Shown here one piece after another: positions 30,001 to 41,299 of a stretch of 64,000 bases of DNA (its first letter is position 1; every line of letters begins with the position of its first letter). Source of the DNA: Eledone cirrhosa (lineage: Eukaryota); the NCBI GenBank assembly GCA_964016885.1, contig OZ024744.1:29016001-29080000 (forward strand). The letters run 5' to 3'. The translations under genes were made by a program, and so were the position numbers. The notes below the pieces were generated by a model, which did not search any database, was not told the origin of the DNA, and saw only the letters and a program-made list of their open reading frames with translations.

Positions 30001-33000
30001 AGCAGCCAGTCCACACTGTAAAGTGGTCATTTAGGTGTCATAACAAAAAGTACCCAAACCACACTGTAAGGTGGTCATGTAGGTGTCACAACGAAAAGCA
30101 CCCAGACACACTGTAAAGTGGTCATGTAGGTGTCACAAAAAAAGGACCCAGTCCACACTGTAAAGTGGTCATGTAGGTGTCACAACAGAAAGTACCCAGT
30201 CCACACTTTAAAGTGGTAACGTAGGTGTCACAACAAAAAGCACCCAGTCCACAATGTAAATGATCATGTAGGAGTCACAACAAAAAGCAGCCAGTCCACA
30301 CTGTAAAGTGGTCATTTAGGTGTCATAACAAAAAGTACCCAGACCACACTGTAAAGTGGTCATGTAGGTGCACAACAAAAAGTACCCAGTTCACACTGTA
30401 AAGTAGTCATGTAGGTGTCACAATAAAAAGTACCCAGTCCACACTGTAAAGTGGGCATGTAGGTGTCATAACAAAAAGCACCCAGTCCACACTGTAAAGT
30501 GTTCATGTAGGTGTCTCAACAAAATGTACCCAGTCCACACTGTAAAGTAGTCATGTAGGTGTCACAATAAAAAGCACCCAGCCCACACTGTAAAGTGGTC
30601 ATGTAGGTGTCACAACAAAAAGCACCCAGTCCACACTGTAAAGTGGTCTTGTATGTCTCACAACAAAAAGCACCCAGTCCACACTGTAAAGTGGTCATTT
30701 ATGTGTCACAACAAAAAGTACCCAGTCCACACTGTAAAGTGGTCATGTAGGTGTCTCAACAAAAAGTACCCATCCACACTGTAAAGTAGTCATGTAGGCG
30801 TCACAACAAAAAGCACCTGGTCCACAATGTAAAATGGTCATGTAGGTGTCACAACAAAATGTACACAGTCCACACTGTAAAGTAGTCATGTAGGTGTCAC
30901 AACAAAAAGTACCCAGTCCACACCGTAAAGTGGTCATGTAGGTGCACAACAAACAGTACCCAGTCCACACTGTAAAGTGGGCATGTAGGTGTCACAACAA
31001 AACGCACCCAGTCCACACTGTAAAGTGGTCATGTAGGTGTCTCAACAAAAAGTACCCAGTCCACACTGTAAAGTAGCCCTGTAGGTGTCACAACAAAAAT
31101 CACCCAGTCCACACTGTAAAGTGGTCATTTAGGTGTCATATCAAAGAGGAACCCAGTCCAAACTGTAAAGTAGTCATGTAGAGGTCACAACAAAAAGCAC
31201 CCAGTCCACACTATAAAGTAGTCATGAAGATGTCACAACAAAAAGCACCGAGTCCACACTGTAAAGTAGTCATGTAGGTGTCACAACAAAAAGCACCTAG
31301 TCCACACTGAAAAGTAATCATGTAGGCGTCACAACAAAAATCACCCAGTCCACACTGTAAAGTAGTCATGTTGGTGTCACAACAAAAAGCAGCCAGTCCA
31401 CACTGTAAAGTGGTCATTTAGGTGTCATAACAAAAAGTACCCAAACCACACTGTAAGGTGGTCATGTAGGTGTCACAACAAAAAGCACCCAGTCACACTG
31501 TAAAGTAGTCATGTAGGTGTCACAACCAAAAGCACCCTGTCCACACTGTAAAATAGTCATGTAGGTGACATAAGAAAAAGCACCCAGTCCACACTGTAAA
31601 GTAGTCATGTAGGTGTCACAACAAAAGCACCCAGTCCACACTGCAAAGTGGTCATGTAGTTGTCACAACAAAAATCACTCAGTCCACACTGTAAAGTGGT
31701 CATGTAGGTGTCACAATAAAAAGCACCCAGTCCACACTGTAAAGTAGTCATGTAGGTGTCACAACAAAATACACCCAGTCCACACTGTAAAGTAGCCATG
31801 TAGTGTCACAACAAAATGCACCCTGTCCACACTGTAAAGTGGTCATGTAGGTGTCACAACAAAAAGTACCTAGTCCACACTGTAAAGTGGTCATGTAGCT
31901 GTCACAACAAAAAGCACCCAGTCCACACTGTAACGTGGTCATGTAGGTGTCACAACAAAAGCACCCAGCCCACACTGTAATGTGGTCATGTAGAGGTCAC
32001 AACAAAAAGTACCCAGTCCACACTGTAAAGTAGTCATGTAGGCGTCACAATAAAAAGCACCCAGTCCACACTGTAAAGTGGTCATTTAGCTGTCACAACA
32101 AAATGTACCCAGTCCACACTGTAAAGTGGTCATGTAGGTCTCACAACAAAAAGCACCCAGTCCACACTGTAAAGTGGTCATTTAGGTGTCACAACAAAAA
32201 GTACCCAGTCCACACTGTAAAGTGGTCATGTAGGTGTCTCAACAAAAAGTACCCAATCCACACTGTAAAGTAGTCATGTAGGTGTCAAAACAAAAATCAC
32301 CCAGTCCACACTGTAAAGTGGTCATGTAGGTGTCACAACAAAAGCACCCAGTTCACACTTTAAAGTGGTCATGTAGGTGTCACAACAAAAAGTATCCAGT
32401 CCACACTGTAAAGTAGTCATGTAGGCGTCACAACAAAAAGCACCTGGTTCACACTGTAAAGTGGTCATGTAGGTGTCACAACAAAATGTACCCAGTCCAG
32501 ACTGTAAAGTAGTCATGTAGGTATCACAACAAAAAGTACCCAGACCACACTGTAAAGTGGTCATGTAGGTGCACAACAAAAAGTACCCAGTTCACACTGT
32601 AAAGTAGTCATGTAGGTGTCACAATAAAAAGTACCCAGTCCACACTGTAAAGTGGGCATGTAGGTGTCATAACAAAAAGCACCCAGTCCACACTGTAAAG
32701 TGTTCATGTAGGTGTCTCAACAAAAAGTACCCAGTCCACACTGTAAAGTAGTCATGTAGGTGTCACAATAAAAAGCACCCAGCCCACACTGTAAAGTGGT
32801 CATGTAGGTGTCACAACAAAAAGCACCCAGTCCACACTGTAAAGTGGTCATGTATGTCTCACAACAAAAAGCACCCAGTCCACACTGTAAAGTGGTCATG
32901 TAGGTGTCATAACAAAAAGCACCCAGTCCACACTGTAAAGTGTTCATGTAGGTGTCTCAACAAAAAGTACCCAGTCCACACTGTAAAGTAGTCATGTAGG

Positions 33001-33757
33001 TGTCACAATAAAAAGCACCCAGCCCACACTGTAAAGTGGTCATGTAGGTGTCACAACAAAAAGCACCCAGTCCACACTGTAAAGTGGTCATGTATGTCTC
33101 ACAACAAAAAGCACCCAGTCCACACTGTAAAGTGGTCATTTATGTGTCACAACAAAAAGTACCCAGTCCACACTGTAAAGTGGTCATGTAGGTGTCTCAA
33201 CAAAAAGTACCCATCCACACTGTAAAGTAGTCATGTAGGCGTCACAACAAAAAGCACCTGGTCCACACTGTAAAATGGTCATGTAGGTGTCACAACAAAA
33301 TGTACCCAGTCCACACTGTAAAGTAGTCATGTAGGTATCACAACAAAAAGTACCCAGTCCACACTGTAAAGTGGTCATGTAGGTGCACAACAAAAAGTAC
33401 CCTCTACACTGTAAAGTAGTCATGTAGGTGTCACAATAAAAAGTACCCAGTCCACACTGTAAAGTGGGCATGTAGGTGTCATAACAAAAAGCACCCAGTC
33501 CACACTGTAAAGTGGTCATGTAGGTGTCTCAACAAAATGTACCCAGTCCACACTGTAAAGTAGTCATGTAGGTGTCACAATAAAAAGCACCCAGTCGACA
33601 CTGTAAAGTGGACATGTAGGTGTCACAACAAAAAGCACCCAGTCCACACTGTAAAGTGCTCATGTAGGTGACACAACAAAAAGTACCCAGTCCACACTGT
33701 AAAGTAGTCACGTAGGTGTCACAACAAAAAGTACCCAGTCCACACTGTAAATGTGGT
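1..33757. repeat. 48-bp tandem satellite, about 700 monomers, consensus TGTCACAACAAAAAGCACCCAGTCCACACTGTAAAGTGGTCATGTAGG, open at the left window edge
   Basis: Monomer read directly, all head-to-tail, with occasional 46-49-bp variants. The ORF track shows the matching 16-aa period (MTTLQCGLGAFCCDTY) and recurring kb-scale offsets. Confidence 0.98.
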
Positions 33758-33911
33758 TCGCGTTAGGAAGGGTATCCAGCCTTAGAAACCAAGCCAAAAT
33801 CAGTTCTGTGTTATCGAATCACGGTACCCTGACCTGATCCCTCAGAAAAGGACAGCCCGTCCAACCCATGCTAGCTTGGAAGACGGACGTTAAACAATGA
33901 TGATGATGATG
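33751..33911 (+). mobile_element. 3' half of a SINE with (TGA)n tail, contiguous with the last satellite monomer
   Basis: GTGGTTCGCGTTAGGAAGGGTATCCAGCCTTAGAAACC...CCGTCCAACCCATGCTAGCTTGGAAGACGGACGTTAAACAATGATGATGATGAT, with a terminal stem CGTCC/GGACG. It resembles an abundant octopus SINE 3' region as I recall it; not database-checked. Confidence 0.75.
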
Positions 33912-33943
33912 TTGTTGCAATGTATTATTTTTATAGTTTTGTT

Positions 33944-34110
33944 GTTACGGCCATTTGGGTTCTGAGTTCGCATCCCGCCGAAGTTAGCTTTATCTACTTA
34001 TCGACGGGTTCGATAAAATGTAGTACCAGTAATCAACTGGATCGATTTAATCAACTTTCCCCTCCCTCTTCAAATTGCTGGCCTTGTGCCTAAAGTACAA
34101 ACAATTATTA
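33944..34110 (+). mobile_element. tRNA-derived SINE (ATT-tailed family), 5'-truncated
   Basis: Degenerate box B GAGTTCGCATCCCGCC, central GATAAAATGTAGTACCAGT, 3' end GGCCTTGTGCCTAAAGTACAAACAATTATTA. Homologous to 47020-47270. Confidence 0.8.
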
Positions 34111-34158
34111 CCATTGTTGATGTTGTTTACATTATTGTTATTATTAGTATTTTTGTTT

Positions 34159-34320
34159 GGGTTCCTAAAGTCACTCCTGGGTGGTTCCCCCCACCCGATT
34201 GGGGAATTCTGTTATTGATATTGTTGTGTGTAATACCTGACTGTTCCCGGCTTTGTTTTGTCCTTTACGTTCGGCCCTTGTGGCCAATAATAGTGAAATT
34301 ATTATTATTATTATTATTAT
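34159..34320 (+). mobile_element. 3'UTR remnant of the Tx1-type LINE family
   Basis: CTGGGTGGTTCCCCCCACCCGATTGGGGAATT...GGCCCTTGTGGCCAATAA plus (ATT)n. Aligns by eye with 56248-56300/56555-56650 and with the 3'UTRs at 40890-41090 and 46850-47018. Confidence 0.65.
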
Positions 34321-34328
34321 TGTTGTTA

Positions 34329-34693
34329 TCGATAAAATAAAGTACCAGTAATGTACTGGGTATTTGCTGGCCTTGTGCCTACATAAGAAACTATTATTAT
34401 TGTTGCTTCAAATCCCGCCGTGGTTATCTTTGCCTTTCATCCTTACGGGGTCGATAAAATAAAGTACCAGTAATGATTGCTGGCCTTGTGCCTACATAAG
34501 AAACCATTATTATTGTTGTTATCGGTAGAGGGTCGGACGGCATGCTTTCCAGCATAGTTACGTCCCTTTACGATTTCAGTTCAAATCCCGTCGAGGTTAA
34601 CTTTGCTTTCATCCTTACAGGGTCTATAAAATAAAGTACCAGTAATGTACTGAGTAATTGCTGGCCTTGTGCCTCTATAAGAAACAATTATTA
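34329..34693 (+). mobile_element. Three head-to-tail 5'-truncated SINE copies (34329-34401, 34407-34514, 34520-34693)
   Basis: Each has ATAAAATAAAGTACCAGTAATG...GCTGGCCTTGTGCCT...GAAAC plus an ATT tail, with progressively longer 5' parts. Confidence 0.85.
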
Positions 34694-35009
34694 CTGTTGT
34701 TATCGCTGTTGTTGTTGTAAAAGTCAGGACAAAGAGGAAAAGTTTAGCAGTCTGTCAAGATGGTAAACCATAAATTGAAATCCCTGAATTAATCACCCTG
34801 ATGTGCTAAATAAAACCCGCTGTGACTTCTGCTATGATTCATTACATAAGTTTTTGGTGGGGTTTTTAAGGATGACTTTTTAATTTTTTTTTTAAAGGAC
34901 ATTTTTTTTCTTTTTTTTTTTTTTATTATTTGTTATTGTTTTTCCTTCTTAAATATTTCTTAAAGTATTTCAACCTACCTCAAAATTGTTTGACTTTTGT
35001 AAATGTTCC

Positions 35010-35480
35010 TGTTGCTATTGTTGGTGTTGTTGTTGCTGTTGTGGTAGTGGTGGTGTTGTTGGTAATGTTGTTGTTGTTACTGTTGTTGTTGCGTTTGTTG
35101 TTGTGGTGGCGGTGGTGGTGGGGTTGTTGTTGTAGTGATGGTGGTGGTGTTGTGGTGTTATTGTTGGTGTTGGTGTTGTGGTGGTGGTGGTGGTGGTGTT
35201 GTAGTGGTGGTAGTGTTGTGGTGTTGTTGTTGTGGTGGTGGTGGGGGTGTTGTTGTTGTAGTGGTGGTGGTGGTGGTGTTGTGGTGTTATTGTTGGTGTT
35301 GTTGTAGTGGTGGTGGTGGTGTTGTGGTGTTATTGTTGGTGTTGTTGTTGTGGTGGAGGTGGTGGTGGTGGGGGTGTTCTTGTTGTTGTGGTGGTGGTAG
35401 TGTTGTTGTTATGGTGTTATTGTTGTTGTTGTTGTAGTGGTTGTGGTGGTCGTCGTCGTGTTATTGTTGTGGTGGTGGGT
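35010..35480. repeat. Compound (GTG)n/(GTT)n low-complexity microsatellite
   Basis: Seen directly; explains the poly-V/W/C/G ORFs. Confidence 0.9.
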
Positions 35481-35647
35481 GTTTGTGTGTGAGCGTGTGT
35501 GTTTGGATGTGTGGTGCGTATGTGTGCGCCGGATAGAATGTGTATGAATGCGTGTAGGTGTGTGTGTGTATGTATATTGATCTAGGGGGATGTGTGTGTG
35601 TGGGGAGCTGTATGCCCGTATGAGTGTATGTATGTATGTATGTGTAT

Positions 35648-36009
35648 TGAATACCATCAGGGTTGCATGTGTTATATCAGAGTTTTCTTGTGATGTTGAC
35701 TTGTTCTTCTTTTTGGTAAATATCATCTTGGTTAATAGAGTGGGACTGGCTTTGTGCAGTGCCTTTGCTCACTATAAAAGCTTCACGGCACAGGCATTGC
35801 TTTATATCTGGAGATCTCTCTGCACTTGTCGTTACATGGTACCATGGGCCCAGCACTATGTGTCAATAATTGTCACAAGTGTAGTGTTTGTACCAGAGTT
35901 TTCAAGTCGCTGGCTGGACTAAAAAGTCGCATCGGTAGGGGTTCTCCTACATGGATATAAAGTAGTGGCCGTACTCGAAAACGAGTTGGCAGCCACCATG
36001 TATGTGTAT
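35648..36009 (+). mobile_element. Non-autonomous (TATG)n-tailed retroposon, 5'-truncated, with a 41-bp 5' inversion
   Basis: 35691-35997 matches 52333-52650 and 62768-63087. 35648-35688 is the reverse complement of 52291-52332. ATGTATGTGTAT flanks both sides (35636-35647, 35998-36009). Confidence 0.8.
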
Positions 36010-36131
36010 AGGGAAGTGTACAATAGCAGAGAATAAAACAGAAGTTAGTGAAGAGCCTAAATTTCATGCCAAGGGACTTAGTAAATAGCCACTAGAGAAA
36101 CTCCGAAATATTATCAGTTACTGATATATAA

Positions 36132-36745
36132 CTTTGATTAGTTTGATAGGTTTCGGCCAGTATTGGCCCAGGCCATGTCTAACTTAATAGCACCACCTGG
36201 CGAAGTCTTACAAATCCGAATTTGGAAACCATGGCCCACTCGAGCAGAGAGTTATTGTTTACGGAGGCATATCCGGGTGTAGGAGGCTTATCCGGGATTT
36301 CTTAAAGGAATTTTTCCAAAAACTTCTTGAACTTGATGGGGTCTGTTCCTGTTTTAATGTGTTTTGGTGTAATGTTAAAGAGAGTGGGGCCAATTGAGAT
36401 GAAATAATTGTGACGTATTGTTGTTATGACATGCGAGTGAGATTTTTGTCGTGGGCGAGAGCACGGGCCCAAGCCTTGGGTGTACATTAAAGGTGATGCC
36501 AACATCATTTGGACAAATCTGATGGAATATTTTCCACATCATGCAGATAATGTAGCTCTCACGATGTTGGAGAGAATGAAGGTTGAGCTTTTCTAGTCGA
36601 CTCCAATAGTCAAGGCCTGTCATGCCATCTATCTTTTTTGTAATCGATCTTTGGGGTGCTTCAACTTTCATAATACTTTGTTTCGTGTGGGAAGACCATA
36701 GTGGACAACAATATTCAAGGTGGGGTCGGGCAATTGAGTTCTTAT
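36132..36745 (-). mobile_element. CR1-clade LINE 3' fragment (end of ORF2 plus 3'UTR), frameshifted
   Basis: IARPHLEYCCPLWS...QRSITKKIDGMTGLDYWSRLEKLNLHSL...FKKFLEKFL matches the post-RT C-terminus typical of CR1. Confidence 0.8.
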
Positions 36746-36958
36746 ACACGTGGTTAATACCTAACAGGTTTAAATGACCAGCGTGTATATTGTTTTATTT
36801 TAAGATGACCTCCCTTTACCCTTTAGGGGGACAACGTGTATTTTTTCTTTGGGAGGACTGCTGGATTTTCTAATCAACCAGTCTCTTCTTAGCGCTGAGA
36901 GAGACCATCACCATTCTATTAATATCGATATAATTCTTATATCGATATTATTTGGGCA

Positions 36959-37082
36959 TCCACTGATGAGTTTATAAGAACCCGCTTGTGTATAAAACTA
37001 TGGAATATATACAAGTTTCTACATAACCTGGAAATTATTTATCCCAAATTGTAGAAATCTTATAACGAAACGGCCGTCTGGA
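36959..37082 (+). ncRNA. Type I hammerhead ribozyme with palindromic minimal stem III (Penelope/retrozyme type)
   Basis: Stem I TCCA(36959-62)/TGGA(37079-82); core CTGATGA(36963-69); stem II GTTTATAAGA/TCTTATAAC; GAAA(37067-70); stem III ACGGCCGT; GUC cleavage triplet ending at 37078. Confidence 0.8.
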
Positions 37083-37265
37083 AGAAATGAGATATTTATT
37101 TAATAATGTCTCATAAAAAAAAATACAACCAACTATCCACGAAATACTGATTAGTTAGCACCCCAAACACTAGATTAGGATAATACTTAGGTATATCCTA
37201 ATGTTTGTTGAGTGAGATGGCGTTGGTCGGAGTATCGCTTAAGGCATTCTCTGTTTATGTATTGT

Positions 37266-37440
<175 letters not shown>

Positions 37441-38124
37441 CATAAATCATGTCTATAGAATCATCAGATATTAAAATATATACTATTTCTTCTTCTAATT
37501 AGCATAATTAACCATATACAAAATCAAATCTAGCAAGCTTTAAGAATAAATTTTCTTATGGGCAAATCTCCGACAAACAATCGATCGTAGCCTCTTCGCG
37601 GCAGCCCCGTTTCATTATTTATCCAACATTTCGGCAGCATGCAGAATCCGACCAAATATACCATCAACCACACACAATTAGTAGTAAAATTAAACTTAGA
37701 AGAAATGCGCACATACCGTAATTATATCTCTACCATGGTTTCTTCCTTATTTAGGACATCCAAATAATATGAATTTCCAGAGTTAGGTTTCTTCAGGAGA
37801 TAAACTCAAAATCAGACATCTAGTTTTTCTAACCGATCCCGCCAAATTTAGATTCAAAAATGGCTAAAAATCGCTATGTAGCTGTGTACCAGCCAGAGAG
37901 AAAGCGTGTGATTGGTTGCTTACGGCGGGTAGGCTTGGTGCTAGAAAGCGCAGCCATATATCGCCAAATTTAATCTCAACCAATTGGGAGATTATTAAAT
38001 ATAAAGGTTATCATATACATAAAATTAAAGATATATATATGTTGCAACTGTTCACTTTTAAGCTCTATGAAGAATTAATAAATTAAAATCAAAAAATCAG
38101 AGCATTATATCATAAATCATGCCT

Positions 38125-41043
38125 ATAGACGAAGACCCGGCTACTGGAAGCTAAACGCGTCCTTACCAGCGCGCAAGGCCTACAGAGACCGGATTAGCGA
38201 ACTAGTTAAGCGGGCGTTGACGGGGGCCATCGTCAACAACAAGTGGTGGTTTGCTCTGAAAAGAGCGATTAGAATAGAATCCATTAGGTTTAGTAAGGCT
38301 TTAGCAATAGAGAAAAATAAAACAGAGGGAGAATTAGTTAGAAAATTAGACGAGGCGCTTAGCAAAGGCATCGCGACCGATGTGCTTGCGGCGAAATTGG
38401 CCCTTGACCAATTCTTCAATGCAAAGCACGAAGGCTGCGTTGTCAGAGCTAGGGTGCGTGCTCTCAGACACGAGGGGACGAAAGCCGTTCAATGGGCCCG
38501 AGTGGCAGAGGCGCGTCGTGGCAACCAAGCCACGATCCGGTCTTTGGTGGACCACGACGGGCGCATGCTACTCGATCCCGGGCAAATGTGTGAAGCTTTT
38601 CAGCGACACTTCGCTCAGCTGTTCGAGGGCAGCGGTGGGCCGGGTCGAGGGATGGACTTTAGTGTCTACCTCGACGGACTGCCGCGGCTCTCGGCCACTG
38701 AAGCGGAGTGTTGCGAAAAGCCGATAACAGCCGCTGAAGTAAGGGAGGCAATGACTGGCTGCACAAGGGGTAAATCGCCTGGTTTGGATGGTCTGCCCTA
38801 TGAACTTACGTACAGATGCCAGACTTGTTCGAAGGCCTCTTGGCGGACGTCTACTGCAAATGGCAACAGAACGGGAGAATTCCCAGTTCTGTGAGTCGAG
38901 GAGCGGTGGCACTGCTGAGAAAGGATCCGAACAAGGGGGATAACATAGATAATTTCCGGCCCATAACTCTGCTAAACACAGAGTTCAAGATTTTGGCCAA
39001 GGTGCTAGCAAAGAGGTTGGCGCTTGTCGTTGGTGGTCTGGTGGGAGAGGCGCAGAGATGCGCTATTCCCGACAGATCCATCCACGACAACCTCCACCTC
39101 ATGCGATACATTGTAGAGAGGGTAGCTAGGGAACCTGGCACGGGTGGGTCCTTGATCAATTTAGATCGGTCGAAAGCTTTCGATAGGGTCGACCATCGTT
39201 ACCTAGCGGCAGTCCTGAGGGCGGCTGGCTTTGGGCTCGTCTTCAGAGGCTGGATCGCTGCCATGCACAGCGACATCTGCTCTGTGGTGAGAGTGAACGG
39301 TCACATGTCGGAACCGTTCAACATCATGCGCTCGGTCCGCCAAGGATGTCCCCTCTCGTCCCTCTTGTACGTATTGACTCTCGAGCCATTACTGCACAAA
39401 CTAGGATGCGGAAGATCCGTGTCAGCATATGCGGACGATGTCACCGTAGTGGTTTCGAACGCCAAACACATCGAGGCGATCGGCACTACACTAAGAGAAT
39501 ACGAAGCGGTGACAGGAACAATGATCAACCAGGAAAAGTCAGTGGGCCTGCAGCTCGGCACCTGGAGAGGCAGGTCCATGCCATCCAACAGCGTCGTCGG
39601 ACGCTAGACGCACGGACCCGTTAAATTGCTAGGGGTCTGGTTCGGTCCGGACCTCCAGACGGACAAAAACTGGGACGAGGTGACGAGCAGGGTGGCTTCT
39701 CTCACCCAGAAATGGGCGGATAGGAAGCTATCCCTGAAAGGTCGAGCGGAGGTGGCTAACGCGTACATCGTGTCTGTCATCTGCTACCGCTTGACCGTCG
39801 TACCTTGTCCTAAGCCCCGCCTGACTGCGCTGGAGCGTTTGCTCTTTCGCTTTTTGTGGAAGGGACGCGCTCCGATGGTCAGGCAGTCCATCTGCTGTCA
39901 ACACCCGCTACATGGAGGGCTGGGAATGCCGTGGCTGATGATGCGCAGACACGCGCTCAGGCTACGACATCTCCACCTCTTCCTCGACGGTGATCAGGTG
40001 TGGTCGCCGTTTGCTAGACACGTATTTCCCCAGCTCGTTTCCTTGACGGAGCTGCAGTCCTGGGTCAAGCGAAGACCGAGAGAGAGCGCGTGGAGACTGA
40101 AATGTCTTCATGTGCTCACAGCCCTCGACCAATCGGGCAATGTGATCGGTGGAAACTCCACCTCGGCGTTCTATAGAGGATTAGTGGAGGGGAAGAGCGA
40201 TGACGTACTTGGGGAAACTCTAGGCGTCGACGAAAATCAACTAGCCAACCTCTTCGGAAGAACTTTCGGGCCGGGGCCTATGGACAACTTCCAGAAATCT
40301 CTGGCCTGGCAGTGCTACCGAGGAGCCTTGCCAGTTCGGGATAAACTCTACAGGCATGGAGGTGCCGTCAGCCGGGCATGTCCGAGATGCACGCAGGGCG
40401 ACGAAACCGTCCTGCACGCACTCGTCCAGTGTCTGAGCATTGCTGACTTGTGGGTTTATGTCGAACACCTGCTGTCACGTGTAGGACGGATCTGGCTATC
40501 AGCTGAGTCCATCGTGAGGATTGCTCCGCCCCCTTCCTTTAGCCTGGAAGGGCAGGCAGTTTTTATCTGTCTGGTGGCCATGGCGAAAGAGATAGTATGG
40601 TGGACACGTTTGAAAGGGCTGAAGACAAGCACTTACCTCTTCGGTGATGCCCTGATTGACTTTTTCAAATTTCATTTGAAAAGGAAAATCAGGGTAGAGA
40701 GGGAAGTGCTCTCTTCCCAGCATTTTGTTGAAAGATGGGTGAGAGAAGCAAGAATGGCCCGAGTGAATGGGCCTACTCTGAGTATATATATGTAAATTAA
40801 AGGTGGAAAACTGGGAGAGGGCACTTGCCTTGGTGGTCAGGGTCACTGTGGCCTTTTACTGGGCTTTCTCGACAAATTTCCCTCCGAAGTCTCCCCCCAT
40901 TGGGGAATTTTTCATTGTTATTTTTTTGTTACATCCTCTGTTTTTGTTTTTTACACGCAGAAATGCCCATTTGTACCGTACTGTATTGTCCTGCACTGTC
41001 CTTAATGTCTACTTTATGTAAACCCTTGTGGTTAATAAAGAAA

Positions 41044-41090
<47 letters not shown>
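38125..41090 (+). mobile_element. Tx1-type (L1 clade) LINE copy 1, 5'-truncated ORF2 pseudogene (RT plus zf-RVT), 3'UTR, AATAAA and (ATT)n tail
   Basis: Motifs GKSPGLDGLP, NFRPITLLNTEFKILAK, KAFDRVDH, VRQGCPLS, YADD and CPRC..ETVLHALVQC. Lesions: frameshift near 38807, 30-bp deletion near 39400, TAG at 39605. True stop at 40795. Collinear with 44055-47018. Confidence 0.95.
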
Positions 41091-41299
41091 GGCGACCTAC
41101 GTAGTAAATCGTATTATCGTGAGCTCCGCAAAGGTTTGTTATTTCCGTTTGTTTAAAAATTGCCATTTATTGAAAATTTTATTGTAAACTGTTTATAAGC
41201 ACACATACATTGTTTTCCGAAAAGGACACCCAAAAAGATTAGGGCCTTGTGCCCAAAATTTTAACTTTTATTATTATCCAAAAATTTCTTTGAAAAAAA

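Noticed and set aside
911-33711. Cys-rich 16-aa repeat ORFs (MTTLQCGLGAFCCDTY) resembling metallothionein or keratin-associated proteins
   Set aside because: A by-product of a 48-bp period. Frequent stop-creating variants (CATTTAGG, CTATAAAG) and 47/49-bp monomers break the frame every few units, and these are propagated in the higher-order repeats.
1-33757. CRISPR-like array
   Set aside because: No unique spacers; the whole 48 bp repeats, there are no cas genes, and the context is eukaryotic.
1-33757. C2H2 zinc-finger gene cluster (expanded in cephalopods)
   Set aside because: The period is 48 bp, not 84 bp, and no frame shows CxxC...HxxxH or TGEKP linkers.
34930-35726. Hydrophobic poly-V/L/W/C ORFs
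   Set aside because: Translations of GTG/GTT/GT microsatellites. The same applies to the (CV)n, (HT)n, (YI)n and (MYVC)n ORFs at 49355-49694, 51261-51570, 51977-52207 and 61604-61946.
37461-37467. Minus-strand CTGATGA hammerhead core
   Set aside because: No downstream GAAA or stems; it runs into (TA)n.
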